DNA of 64,000 nt, from the NCBI GenBank assembly GCA_027306605.1, contig DAHUZK010000051.1:15977-79976 (forward strand). Direction: 5' to 3'. Shown one piece after another: positions 54,686-64,000 of the stretch. The position numbers and the translations under genes were made by a program. Position 1 is the stretch's first letter. Each line of letters opens with the position of its first letter. A model generated the notes under the pieces. It saw only the letters and a program-made list of their open reading frames with translations. It was not told the DNA's origin and made no database searches. Source of the DNA: Acidimicrobiaceae bacterium. Its GTDB lineage: Bacteria > Actinomycetota > Acidimicrobiia > Acidimicrobiales > RAAP-2.

Positions 54686-57600
54686 GTGGGTTCAGCCTCC
54701 GTGGTCGTTCCGGTCGGTCCAGTCGTTCCAGCTGTTGCAGTCGCGGTGGTGGTCGTCGTACGCGCCGCCGCCACGCCGGAGGCAGCGCCCGCCGCCGCGC
54801 CCGAGACAGGTCCGGTGCGGGCCCGGGACAGCGGGTCGGAGCCGAGGAACGCTTCACCCACCTCCGGCGAGGCCAGCACGTCGCGGGGCGGTCCGCTGGT
54901 GAGGACCGTGCCACGGTCCATGGCCACCAGCCGATCGGCCAGCTCGGCGATGAACGCGATGTCGTGCTCGACGATCAGCAAGGTGGCGTCGAGGCGGTCG
55001 CGCAGGTTGCGCAGCAACGCCACCATCGCCTCCACCTCGCGCTGGGCCACTCCCGAGGACGGCTCGTCGAGCAGGACGACCGAGGGCTGGTGCGCCACCA
55101 CCGCCGCCAGGTCCACCAGCCGCCGCGAACCGGTGGAGAGCTCGCTCACCAGGTTGTCGGCGAAGCGTGTCAGGGAGAAGAGCTCCAGCAGCTCCTCGAC
55201 GCGGTGGGTGACGGCAGCCTCGGTGCGAACCTGCACCGGCAGGCGGAGGACGGCATTGAACGGGTCGTTGACGTCGGTGAAACGTTCCAGCGAGACCGCC
55301 AGCGCCTCGCGTACCGTGAGCGAGGAGAAGAGCCTCGAGTCCTGGAAGGAACGGCCGAGGCCGAGGCGGGCCCGTGCCGATGCGCTGCGATCGGTCACGT
55401 CGAGGCCGCCCAGCCGCACCCACCCGCCGTCGGGCCGCAGGAACCCCGAGACGACGTCGAACAGCGTCGTCTTGCCCGCCCCGTTGGGGCCGATGATCCC
55501 CATGATCTCGCCGTGCTCCGCGTGCAGCGAGACGTTGTCGAGGGCGGCGATCCCGCCGAACGACACCGAGACACCGTGCACTTCCAGCGCGTACCCCTCT
55601 CCGTTGGGCCCCACCGCTCCGTTCGGCCCCACCGCTGCCGCCGCGCCGGCACCGTGTCCGGCGGCGCTCAACGTGGTCGAGGCCTTGTCGAGATAGATGG
55701 ACCACAGCAGTTCGGGGTGCGCCGCCAGCTCGTCGGCGGAGCCTGAGAAGCGGACCACCCCCGTCTCCATGACGTAGACGCGGTCCGCTACCGCCACCGC
55801 CACGTTCATCGACTGCTCGACGAGGAGGATCGCCGTCCCGGCCTGGCGCATCGACTCGATCGCTCCGAGCAGCTGCTCGACCACCAGTGGCGACAGTCCC
55901 AGGGAGAGCTCGTCGATGAGGAACAGCTTGGGCCGGGTGATGGTGGCCATGGCCAGGGCGAGCATCTGCTGCTGGCCGCCCGAGAGGTTGCCGGCACGGT
56001 CACCCCGCCGTGCCGCCAGGACCGGGAAGGCGGCCAGCGCCTCGTCGATCATGTCGGCGTCGCGCTCACCGCGCCGGCGACCCTGCCAGGCGGCGGCGCG
56101 GAGGTTGTCCTCGACCCGGAGGTTCGGGAAAATCCCTTCGCCGCCCGGCACCTGGGCGACGCCCAGACGGGCGATCTCGTCGGGCGGCAGGTGGGTGATG
56201 TCCCGGCCGTCGAAGACGATGGCGCCGTGATCGGCCTCGACGACGCCTCCGATGGCCCGCAGCAGAGTCGACTTGCCGGCACCGTTGGTCCCGACGAGGG
56301 CGACGATCTCACCCTCGCCGACCTGGATCGAGACGTCGCCGAGGACCTCGACACCGTCGTAGCCGACGTTGAGCGCGCGCACGGCCAGCAAGGGCAGACG
56401 GCCCGCGTGGCGGTCCACCAGCATCTGGGCCCTCGTCCGCATGGACGTCCACACGTCCTGCACGTCGTGCTCGATGAGGCGGCCCGCACTGGCGACGATG
56501 AGGCCGCCCACCACGAAGATCGGCACCAAGATGAGCAATCCGTAGCGGAACCCGACGGCATCGCCGAGGGCGCCGACGATGGGCAGCACCAGGAAGCCGG
56601 GCAGCACGAACAGCGCGCCGATGGAGAACCCGACGGCACGGACGCGGGCGGGAATGGCCAGGGACAAGGAGGCCAGCACGCCGGGTCCGACGATGGCGAG
56701 CGACGCGTCGATGCCGGCGTTGCCGACGAAGGCGACGGGCACCGAGGGTGCCAACGCGAAGAGCACGGCAAACCCGGCGGCGATCACGGAGGCGACTGCC
56801 AGCATGCGGAAGACGAGCCCGATGTCGCGGGCGGCGAGGCGCGTGGCGATCACGGCCCCTACGGCCAGCCCGATCAGATCGAAGACCTGGATCGGCGCGA
56901 TGAGGTAGGCGCGGTGCACGGCGTCGAGGTGGAAGGTCTCCTGGTACTGCAGCGAGGCCAGGGAGGTGAACCCGGCGATGGACGCGGCCAGGAAGGGCAG
57001 CGCGATGAAGATGCGCCGCAGGACGCCGATCTTCCAGACGGTGCGCCACGCCTCTCCGAGCGACGGTGGCGGCTCGGCCGGTACGTCGATCGGCGCGGCT
57101 GCCCCGGCCCCTGCCGACGCGGCCGCCCCGGCCCCCGTTGACGCGGTCGTCCCGGCCCCCGTTGACGCGGCCGCCCCGGCGCCGCCCGCCGGGACCGCCG
57201 TGTCCGCCAGCGGTGCCGGCTGCCCCAGCTCGGAAGCGAGCATCTGCTCGGTCAGCTCGAGCTGCTCGTGGCGGCCCCGCGCCGGTTCGCGCAGGCGGAC
57301 GCCGACGAGCACCACGAGCACGATCGGCACGGCGAAGACGAAGAAGGGGGTGCGCCACGACCCGATGGCAGCCAGGCCGGCGCCCAGGAGGACGCCGACG
57401 ATGGCGCCGAGGTTGATGCCCGAGCGGTGGGCGGAATAGATGCGCGGCCGGGCCGGGACCGGGTAGTAGTCCGCCAGCAGGGAATTGTGCGTGGGGAAGA
57501 TGACGGCCTGCCCCATGGAGACACCGGCGAGCATGATGCCGGCGACCACGACCGTGGGGGCGGCGCCGAGCCCGATGGAGAAGGCGGCACCGACGAGGGC

Positions 57601-57855
57601 TCCGATCAGCGCGATGCGCACGCGGTTCATGCGGTCGGCCAGCACCGAGATCGGCAGCGTGAAGCCCAGCGCGGCGGCGCCGGCGATGGCCACGATCAGG
57701 AGGATCCCTGCGTTGGTGAGGTGGAAGGCGTCGCGCACGTTGGGCGTCAAGACGTTGAACGCGCTCTGCGTGGCCTGGTCCAGCAGCTCGATCGAGAAGA
57801 GGATCCCCAGGGGGAACAGCGAGACCCCTGCGCCAAGGGCGGCGAGGCGTTTCAC
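54682..57855 (-). CDS. Triple-fusion protein: MFS-like 12-TM domain + LivF-like ABC ATPase + LivG-like ABC ATPase
   Basis: GTG 57855 overlaps the LivHM stop (GTGA). Residues 1-465 are MFS-like (LADRMNRVRIALIG, SWRTPFF). Residues about 488-722 have GTNGAGKST, LSGGQQQ and LFLIDE. Residues about 755-1005 have GPNGAGKTT, LSTGSRR and VVLLDE. A Thr/Ala-rich tail follows. 1057 aa. Confidence 0.8.
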   Translation of the reverse strand: MKRLAALGAGVSLFPLGILFSIELLDQATQSAFNVLTPNVRDAFHLTNAGILLIVAIAGAAALGFTLPISVLADRMNRVRIALIGALVGAAFSIGLGAAPTVVVAGIMLAGVSMGQAVIFPTHNSLLADYYPVPARPRIYSAHRSGINLGAIVGVLLGAGLAAIGSWRTPFFVFAVPIVLVVLVGVRLREPARGRHEQLELTEQMLASELGQPAPLADTAVPAGGAGAAASTGAGTTASTGAGAAASAGAGAAAPIDVPAEPPPSLGEAWRTVWKIGVLRRIFIALPFLAASIAGFTSLASLQYQETFHLDAVHRAYLIAPIQVFDLIGLAVGAVIATRLAARDIGLVFRMLAVASVIAAGFAVLFALAPSVPVAFVGNAGIDASLAIVGPGVLASLSLAIPARVRAVGFSIGALFVLPGFLVLPIVGALGDAVGFRYGLLILVPIFVVGGLIVASAGRLIEHDVQDVWTSMRTRAQMLVDRHAGRLPLLAVRALNVGYDGVEVLGDVSIQVGEGEIVALVGTNGAGKSTLLRAIGGVVEADHGAIVFDGRDITHLPPDEIARLGVAQVPGGEGIFPNLRVEDNLRAAAWQGRRRGERDADMIDEALAAFPVLAARRGDRAGNLSGGQQQMLALAMATITRPKLFLIDELSLGLSPLVVEQLLGAIESMRQAGTAILLVEQSMNVAVAVADRVYVMETGVVRFSGSADELAAHPELLWSIYLDKASTTLSAAGHGAGAAAAVGPNGAVGPNGEGYALEVHGVSVSFGGIAALDNVSLHAEHGEIMGIIGPNGAGKTTLFDVVSGFLRPDGGWVRLGGLDVTDRSASARARLGLGRSFQDSRLFSSLTVREALAVSLERFTDVNDPFNAVLRLPVQVRTEAAVTHRVEELLELFSLTRFADNLVSELSTGSRRLVDLAAVVAHQPSVVLLDEPSSGVAQREVEAMVALLRNLRDRLDATLLIVEHDIAFIAELADRLVAMDRGTVLTSGPPRDVLASPEVGEAFLGSDPLSRARTGPVSGAAAGAASGVAAARTTTTTATATAGTTGPTGTTTEAEPT

Positions 57856-59864
57856 GGGACGAGGGCCGGGTCGAGGGGCCGGGGAGCGGCGTGCGGCGGC
57901 GTCGTGTCGGCATGGCGTTGCACCAGGCGGGCGACGCCCCAGTCGCGCAGGTCGTACCAGAGGCCGGCCAGGCCGCCCGGGAACATGATCAGCACCACGA
58001 GGACACCGATGGCCGACGGGAAGAGCTGCCAGCTCGGCGGGAGGTACACGGCGCTGCCCTCGACGATGGCCGCGCCGAGGACTGCCCCGAGAGCCGACCC
58101 GAGACCGCCGACCGCGGTCGAGGTGAAGACGACCAGGCTGGCGGAGGCCAGGAAGGCGGTGTCGGCGTACTGCTGGTTGACCAGCACGAAGAGGCAGCCT
58201 CCCACCCCGGCGATGAAGCCCGAAATGGCGAAGGCACCGAGCTTGGCCCGCACGACGCTGACGCCGTAGCCGGAGGCGGCACGTGGGTTGGCCGGCAGGG
58301 CGCGCAGGACGCGCCCGGTGCGGCTGTGGCGGAGGCCCCACAGCGCCACCAGGATGAGGACGAGGGCGCCCAGGCAGACCTCGAACACGGAGGACTGCGT
58401 GGTGAGCGAGATCCCGAAGAGATACGGCACACCCACCTGCCCCTGGGGGATCCAGGAGAACTCGGCCGGGACGAGGAAGTAACCCGAGGCGGCGAGGGCG
58501 AAGGCGAGAGTGGTCACGGCGGCGAACATGCCGTCGAGTCGCAGCGTGGGGATGCCGACCACCACGGCGGCCACGGCGGCGGCGGCGCCGGCCAGCAGCA
58601 GGGCCAGGCTCACGTCCCAGTGCCAGTCGATGAGCGCGACGGCACCCACCACGGCACCGACGGCGGCGAAGGACATCTGCCCCAGGCTCACTTGGCCGGA
58701 CCAGCCGGTGAGCACGACGACGGAGCAGCCGACGATGGCCAGCACGACCAGGGCGGAGGCCCGGATCAACTCCCCGGCGCCCATCCACAGCGGCAGCGTG
58801 CACACCGCTCCGAAGACGAGCAACGCTCCCGCGGGCGTGCCGAAGCGCACCTCGGGGAGCGCCCGCGCCGACGGCGCGAGGTCGCGCACGCTGCCCGCCA
58901 GCGACAGGGTCGGCTCGGCCTCCCGGTCGCCGCGGCGGGCGACGAGCTGGCGCACCACGATGGCCGCGAAGACCACCCCGGCCAGCACGGCCAGGCCCAA
59001 GGCGGGGTTCGTCGGATCGTCCCAGGCCACGCCCTGCTGCAGGACGCCGAGCGCCGCGGCGGAGGCCGCGATGACCGGGAGCTCGACGAAGTTGCCGAGC
59101 GCCACCGCGGCCAGCGCGGTGACCAGCGCGGTCAGGCCGTAGGTGGGGTCGAGGGGCAGGCCGAAGATGGCCGCCTGGAAGAAGATGCTCACGAACGAGA
59201 GCACGCCCGCCACGACCCAGGTGACCGACTGGAGGCGCCCGACCGGGATCCCCAGCATCGACGCGCGGTCGCGCCGGTCGCCCGTCGCCTGCACGGCGAT
59301 GCCGATGTCGGTGCGCGTGAACCAGAGCGACACACCGGCGAGGCAGGCGATCGACACGATCACCGCCACCAGGTGGTTGGCGTTGAAGACCACGGGCCCG
59401 ACGTGCCAGGCCACGTGCCAGGGGAAGGACACCACGGCGCTGGCGATGGGCGTCTGACCCCAGATGCTCGGGAGCAGCAGGCTCACGACCACGAGCAGCT
59501 GCGAGAGCCCGATGGTGGCGACGGTGAGGATGAGGCGCGGCGAGCGGCGGAAGCGCCGCACCACGACGATCTCGACGGCAGCGGTGAGGAGGACGGACGC
59601 CACCAGACCGGTGGCGAGCCCGAGGAAATAGTTGACACCGGAGAAGGCCACGAGTGCGACCGCCAGCACGGCCGGCGCCGTGCCGAGGTCCCCCTGCGCG
59701 AAGTTGATCACCTTGTTGAGTCGGTAGGTCAGGCCGAGACCCACGGCCATGAGGGAGCCCAGCAGCCCGAGCACCACACCCTGGAGCCACACGCCGAAGG
59801 GCACGGGGAACAGGATCAGCTGGACCAGCAACACGGCGGCGACGGAGATGGCGGCCGCGACCAC
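57852..59864 (-). CDS. Fused branched-chain-amino-acid-type ABC permease (LivH-like + LivM-like)
   Basis: 670 aa. The N-half has LTYRLNKVINFAQGDLG (LivH-like). The C-half has LTGWSGQVSLGQMSFAAVGA (LivM-like). Confidence 0.85.
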   Translation of the reverse strand: MVAAAISVAAVLLVQLILFPVPFGVWLQGVVLGLLGSLMAVGLGLTYRLNKVINFAQGDLGTAPAVLAVALVAFSGVNYFLGLATGLVASVLLTAAVEIVVVRRFRRSPRLILTVATIGLSQLLVVVSLLLPSIWGQTPIASAVVSFPWHVAWHVGPVVFNANHLVAVIVSIACLAGVSLWFTRTDIGIAVQATGDRRDRASMLGIPVGRLQSVTWVVAGVLSFVSIFFQAAIFGLPLDPTYGLTALVTALAAVALGNFVELPVIAASAAALGVLQQGVAWDDPTNPALGLAVLAGVVFAAIVVRQLVARRGDREAEPTLSLAGSVRDLAPSARALPEVRFGTPAGALLVFGAVCTLPLWMGAGELIRASALVVLAIVGCSVVVLTGWSGQVSLGQMSFAAVGAVVGAVALIDWHWDVSLALLLAGAAAAVAAVVVGIPTLRLDGMFAAVTTLAFALAASGYFLVPAEFSWIPQGQVGVPYLFGISLTTQSSVFEVCLGALVLILVALWGLRHSRTGRVLRALPANPRAASGYGVSVVRAKLGAFAISGFIAGVGGCLFVLVNQQYADTAFLASASLVVFTSTAVGGLGSALGAVLGAAIVEGSAVYLPPSWQLFPSAIGVLVVLIMFPGGLAGLWYDLRDWGVARLVQRHADTTPPHAAPRPLDPALVP

Positions 59865-60181
59865 CGTGTGGGCACGCTCGGGCAGGTGCAGCGCGGTCCT
59901 CAGCGACTCAGGCCCTTCTCACGGCGTCGTCCCCATCGCGTACACCCCCCCGGGTGGCTCAACTCTCTCCTGCCCGTGCGCGGCCCCCGCCGTGCGGGGC
60001 CACAGGGTAGTGGTCCATCTCCGGGCCGCCAAGGGCATGCCGTCGGCGAGGACCGACCGGGCGGCGGGGTTGCTTGTGTCGCGCCGGGCCGCGGGCCAGA
60101 GTGGGAGCGGGTCCTCGGCTCTGCCCGTCCCCCTGTTCCCCGGCGAACCGAGGCACCGACCCCCCACGAAATCGAGGCACC

Positions 60182-60943
60182 GTGACGCTTGCCGAACCGG
60201 CACCGGCCGGACAACGCTCTGACGCCCCCGCCGCGCGTGCGGTCGAGCTCCGCAAGACCTACGGAAGCGGAGCGGCCACCGTGCATGCCCTCGCCGGCAT
60301 CACGGTGACGTTCGACCGCGCCAGGTTCACGGCGGTCATGGGGCCGTCGGGATCGGGCAAGTCCACGTTGATGCACTGCATGGCGGGACTGGACCGGCCG
60401 ACCTCGGGCCAGGCCTACGTGGGGAGCCTGGACATCGCGGGCCTCGACGACTCCGACCTCACGCAGCTCCGCCGCGACCGCATCGGCTTCGTCTTCCAGT
60501 CGTTCAACCTGGTCCCGACGCTCAGCGCGGGCGAGAACATCACGCTGCCGGCCGACCTGGCCGGGCGCAAGGTCGACCGGGACTGGTTCGACTACCTGGT
60601 GACGCAGCTGCGTATCGGTGACCGCCTGTCGCACCGGCCGACCGAGCTCTCGGGCGGTCAGCAGCAGCGCTGTGCCTGCGCGCGGGCGCTGATCAACCGG
60701 CCCGACCTCGTCTTCGCCGACGAGCCGACAGGGAACCTGGACTCGAATTCCAGCTCGGAGGTGCTCGAGTTCATGCGGCGGTCCGTGACCGAGTTCGGCC
60801 AGTCCATCGTGATGGTGACCCACGATCCCCGCGGCGCCGCCTTCGCCGACCGGGTCGTGTTCCTCGCTGACGGCGACATCGTCGACGAGCTCGCCGCCCC
60901 GACGGCGGACTCCATCCTCGAGCACATGCGGACGCTCGGCTGA
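60182..60943 (+). CDS. ABC transporter ATP-binding protein (MacB/LolD-type)
   Basis: GTG 60182. GPSGSGKSTL, FQSFNLVPTLSAGEN, LSGGQQQR and VFADEPTGNLD. Confidence 0.9.
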   Translation: MTLAEPAPAGQRSDAPAARAVELRKTYGSGAATVHALAGITVTFDRARFTAVMGPSGSGKSTLMHCMAGLDRPTSGQAYVGSLDIAGLDDSDLTQLRRDRIGFVFQSFNLVPTLSAGENITLPADLAGRKVDRDWFDYLVTQLRIGDRLSHRPTELSGGQQQRCACARALINRPDLVFADEPTGNLDSNSSSEVLEFMRRSVTEFGQSIVMVTHDPRGAAFADRVVFLADGDIVDELAAPTADSILEHMRTLG

Positions 60944-60944
60944 C

Positions 60945-63476
60945 ATGTGGCGGGTGACCCTGAAGGGTCTGCTGGCCCACAAGCTCCGGCTCGCGCTCAC
61001 CGCGCTGGCCATCGTGCTGGGTATCACGTTCATCGCCGGCACCTTCGTCCTGACCGACACCCTGCACAACACCTTCACCAGCTTGTTCGGCAACGTCTAC
61101 CAGAACGTCGACCTCCAGGTGCGCGGGGTGGCGCAGCTGGGGAGCAGCGGCGGCAGCGCGACGCGCAACGCGCTCCCGCAGTCCCTGGTGGCCTCCGTGC
61201 GCGCCGTCCCGGGCGTGGCGGCGGCGGAGGGCTCGGTGCAAGGGCTGAACGTGCAGTACGTCTCGCCCCAGGGCAAGGCCATCTCCACCGGCGGCGCGCC
61301 CAATATCGGCGTCTCCTTCGACCCCGACCAGCGGGTGTCGGCCCTTCGGCTGGCCCAGGGGGGACCTCCCACGACCCCCCACGACGTCGTCATGGACCTG
61401 GGCACGGCCCAGAAGTACGGCTTCAAGGTGGGCCAGACCGTCCGGATCCTCTTGCCGTTCGCGCCGCCGGCGGACTTCACCATCACGGGCCTGGCCCGGT
61501 TCGGCACGGCCAACAACCTGGCCGGCGCCACGCTGGCCGCCTTCGACCTGCCGACCGCCCAGGCCATCTTGAACAGGGTCGGAACAGTCGACTCCATCGA
61601 CGTGGTCACGTCGCCGGGCGCCGACAAGGCCCGGGTCCAGCGCGCCATCGCCCGCATCCTGCCGCCCGGGGTCGAGGTCGTGACCGGTCAGACGGTGGCG
61701 AACGAGCAGACCAGCGCCATCAACAGCGCACTCGCGTTCTTCAACACGGCTCTTCTCGTGTTCGCCTTCATCGCTCTCTTCGTCGGCGGCTTCACCATCC
61801 TCAACACGTTCTCCATCATCGTGGGGCAGCGGACACGCGAGCTGGCCCTGCTGCGCATCGTGGGCGCCAGCCGCCGCCAGGTCTTCCGCTCCGTGCTCGG
61901 CGAGGCGGCGGTCGTGGGGCTGCTGTCCTCGCTGATCGGGCTCGGCCTGGGCGTGCTGGCGGCCATGGGGCTCGAGGCGCTTCTGGGCGCCTTCGGCGTG
62001 ACGCTCCCCTCCGGGCCCCTCGTCTTCGAGGGGCGCACCGTCGTCGTGTGCCTGATCGTGGGGGTCGGCGTGACCGTGGTCTCGGCCATCAGCCCGGCCC
62101 GGCGCGCCGTGCGTATCGCGCCCGTCGCCGCCATCGCCGAGCAGCAGACGGAGGCGGACATCCCGCTGCGCCGCCGCTTCACCTGGGGGGCCGGCATCAC
62201 CCTGGTGGGCATCGTGGCGCTGGCCTACGGCCTGACCAAGCCGCTGATCGAGCTGGTGGGACTCGGTGCCGTGCTGATCTTCATCGGCGTGGCCCGCCTT
62301 GCCCCCGCGGTCGCACGCCCGATGTCGAGCGTGATCGGTCGGCCGATGGCCGGGATGCTGGGCATGTCGGGCCGTCTCGGGCGCGAGAACTCCATGCGCA
62401 GCCCGCGCCGGACCGCCCAGACGGCCTCCGCTCTGATGGTGGGGCTGGCCCTCGTCTCGGCCATCGCGGTGTTCGGTGCCTCCCTGTCGGGCTCGGCGGT
62501 CAGCAGCATCAACGACGCCCTCAACGCCGACCTGATCGTGACGCCCGTCAGCAACGTGTCGGGTGCCGTCCCCAACGCGGTGGTGCCCGTGGCGGCAGCG
62601 GCGCCGGGCGTGACGGCGTCGTCGAGCATCTACACGGGGAAGTTCGAGCTGAAGGGCGAGTTGAACACCCTCACCGCCACCTCCACCAAGGACCTGTCCA
62701 AGACGGTGAACCTCGCCATGGCCGAAGGGACGTCGGGTTCCCTGGCGGCCGGCCAGCTCCTCATCGACACGACCACGGCGAGCGCCAAGAACCTGCACGT
62801 CGGCAATGTCGTGCCGGTGACCTTCGCCGAGACCGGGCGCTCGACGATGCGCATCGGCGGGGTCTTCAAGGCGAATGCATTGATCGGCCGCTATCTCGTC
62901 AGCGACGGCTTCTACCGCGCGCATTACGCGAGCACCGAGCTGCCGGTCGCCGTGCTGTTACGGACCGACGGCAGCCCGACGGCAGAGGCTGCCGTCACGC
63001 ACGCCCTGTCCGGGTACCCCAACCTCAAGGTGCAGACCAAGGCGCAGTTCGAGCAGTCCCAGCGGGCCCAGGTGAACCAGCTCCTCGGGCTCGTCTACGC
63101 GTTGTTGGCGCTGGCCGTGATCATCGCTCTGATCGGCATCGTGAACACGCTGATGCTCTCCGTCTTCGAACGGACCCACGAGATCGGGCTGTTGCGCGCC
63201 GTCGGGATGAGACGGCGTCAGGTCAGAGCGATGATCCGCTCCGAGTCGGTGATCCTCGCCGTCTTCGGTGCCGTCATCGGCATCGTCGTCGGGACCGGCC
63301 TGGGCATCGCCCTGTCCTCGTCGCTGCGGTCGCAAGGCATCACCGACATCGTGGTGCCCGTCTCGAGCCTCGTGGTCTTCCTGGTCCTGGCGGCAGTCCT
63401 GGGTCTGATCGCCGCCAGCTGGCCGGCGCGCCGGGCGGCACGCCTCGACGTGCTGGCCGCGATCGCGTCCGAGTGA
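60945..63476 (+). CDS. ABC transporter permease with two FtsX-like domains (MacB-type)
   Basis: 843 aa. N-terminal TM helix, a large extracytoplasmic domain and an FtsX 4-TM bundle, with the arrangement duplicated. Starts 2 nt after the ATPase stop. Confidence 0.88.
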   Translation: MWRVTLKGLLAHKLRLALTALAIVLGITFIAGTFVLTDTLHNTFTSLFGNVYQNVDLQVRGVAQLGSSGGSATRNALPQSLVASVRAVPGVAAAEGSVQGLNVQYVSPQGKAISTGGAPNIGVSFDPDQRVSALRLAQGGPPTTPHDVVMDLGTAQKYGFKVGQTVRILLPFAPPADFTITGLARFGTANNLAGATLAAFDLPTAQAILNRVGTVDSIDVVTSPGADKARVQRAIARILPPGVEVVTGQTVANEQTSAINSALAFFNTALLVFAFIALFVGGFTILNTFSIIVGQRTRELALLRIVGASRRQVFRSVLGEAAVVGLLSSLIGLGLGVLAAMGLEALLGAFGVTLPSGPLVFEGRTVVVCLIVGVGVTVVSAISPARRAVRIAPVAAIAEQQTEADIPLRRRFTWGAGITLVGIVALAYGLTKPLIELVGLGAVLIFIGVARLAPAVARPMSSVIGRPMAGMLGMSGRLGRENSMRSPRRTAQTASALMVGLALVSAIAVFGASLSGSAVSSINDALNADLIVTPVSNVSGAVPNAVVPVAAAAPGVTASSSIYTGKFELKGELNTLTATSTKDLSKTVNLAMAEGTSGSLAAGQLLIDTTTASAKNLHVGNVVPVTFAETGRSTMRIGGVFKANALIGRYLVSDGFYRAHYASTELPVAVLLRTDGSPTAEAAVTHALSGYPNLKVQTKAQFEQSQRAQVNQLLGLVYALLALAVIIALIGIVNTLMLSVFERTHEIGLLRAVGMRRRQVRAMIRSESVILAVFGAVIGIVVGTGLGIALSSSLRSQGITDIVVPVSSLVVFLVLAAVLGLIAASWPARRAARLDVLAAIASE

Positions 63477-63504
63477 ACCGGTGGAACGGAATGGACAGGG
63501 GCCG

Positions 63505-63759
63505 TCAGCTACTGATGCGCCACCTGACGGTGACGCGCGTGAAGGGGGTCTCGGTCAGCTCCGAGACCAGTGCGCGCAGATCGCGGTCGAACTCCTCGTC
63601 GATCATCTCGTAGGGGGAACGGGCGTAGACGTCGACGTAGAGCACGTCCCCCCAGCCACGGGTGGCGACCGTGTGGGTGACCTGGAGCCGCTCGTCGGCG
63701 CCCGTGACCTCGTCCACAGCGCCGCGCACCACGCTCTGTAGCGCCCCGTTCATGGTCAC
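63505..63759 (-). CDS. Hypothetical small protein
   Basis: 84-aa ORF with good coding GC3. No motif recognised. Confidence 0.4.
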   Translation of the reverse strand: MTMNGALQSVVRGAVDEVTGADERLQVTHTVATRGWGDVLYVDVYARSPYEMIDEEFDRDLRALVSELTETPFTRVTVRWRISS

Positions 63760-64000
63760 GGCGCCGTTCGGGCGCTGCCGTCGGTGGCGGTGACGGTGGC
63801 GGTGACGGTGGCGGCAGCGGCAGCGGCCGCCTCGAGATACGGCCAGGCCAGGTCGGGTGGGAGACCACCGACCAGGGGTTGGAGATTCAGGGGGAAGCCC
63901 GTGGCGAGCAGCGCGCGGGCGTCGTCGGGCGTGAGGATCTGGTAGGCGCCCCGCTCGGCCGCGAGGTCCTCCACGGTCGGGGCCGACGAAATGGACGCGG
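63756..64000 (-). CDS. Hypothetical protein, partial (frame open to window end)
   Basis: The frame is open from 64000 down to the stop at 63756. It contains a 12-nt repeat encoding VTATVTAT. The start is not determinable. Confidence 0.3.
   Translation of the reverse strand, partial: ASISSAPTVEDLAAERGAYQILTPDDARALLATGFPLNLQPLVGGLPPDLAWPYLEAAAAAAATVTATVTATDGSARTAP

Noticed and set aside
54682-59790. 1702-aa ORF that would be a giant single protein
   Set aside because: The first 645 codons are an out-of-frame shadow of the real LivH-LivM permease gene (57852-59864) and translate to Arg/Pro/Gly-rich nonsense. The credible protein starts at GTG 57855, which overlaps the permease stop.

Overview
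High-GC (about 70%) actinobacterial chromosome segment covering the replication-origin neighbourhood. Class Acidimicrobiia is a guess only.

The first 30 kb match the mycobacterial-type ori layout, as I recall it from M. tuberculosis Rv3907c-Rv0058:
- Minus strand: gyrA(partial)-gyrB-dciA(DUF721)-recF-dnaN-[oriC]-dnaA.
- Plus strand: rpmH-rnpA-yidD-yidC-jag-rsmG-[two parS]-parA-parB.
- Then cwlM-trxA-trxB, degV, murJ, an Rv3909-like secreted protein, CCA/poly(A) polymerase, ino1-padR, DUF5318-panB and rpsF-ssb-rpsR-rplI-dnaB.

The last 34 kb are accessory:
- two PPOX/F420-type proteins
- an amidohydrolase plus class II aldolase
- two WS/DGAT acyltransferases plus a patatin lipase
- a split LigD-type end-joining operon
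- a PIG-L deacetylase, an MFS exporter, an SDR and Bcp
- an orphan OmpR regulator and a NarL-type two-component system
- a Liv-type ABC operon and a MacB/FtsX-type ABC pair

No rRNA, tRNA, CRISPR array, transposase or prophage gene was seen.

Most interesting loci:
1. A tightly coupled five-gene minus-strand operon (31.3-35.6 kb). It combines MauD-like thioredoxin and MauE-like membrane proteins with a Tat-signal protein whose 28-Cys, MauA-light-chain-like module is fused to a six-blade repeat propeller. No mauB or mauG is in the window.
2. A single 1057-aa polypeptide fusing an MFS-like 12-TM domain to LivF-like and LivG-like ATPases.
3. A Pol / HhH-PHP / ligase split-LigD operon.
4. A helically phased DnaA-box cluster with an AT-rich tract directly upstream of dnaB.
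5. Short tandem repeats that copy the stop-codon ends of three minus-strand genes.
6. A low-GC, rare-codon patch inside yidC.

Many long ORFs in the six-frame track are GC-driven shadow frames and were discarded.
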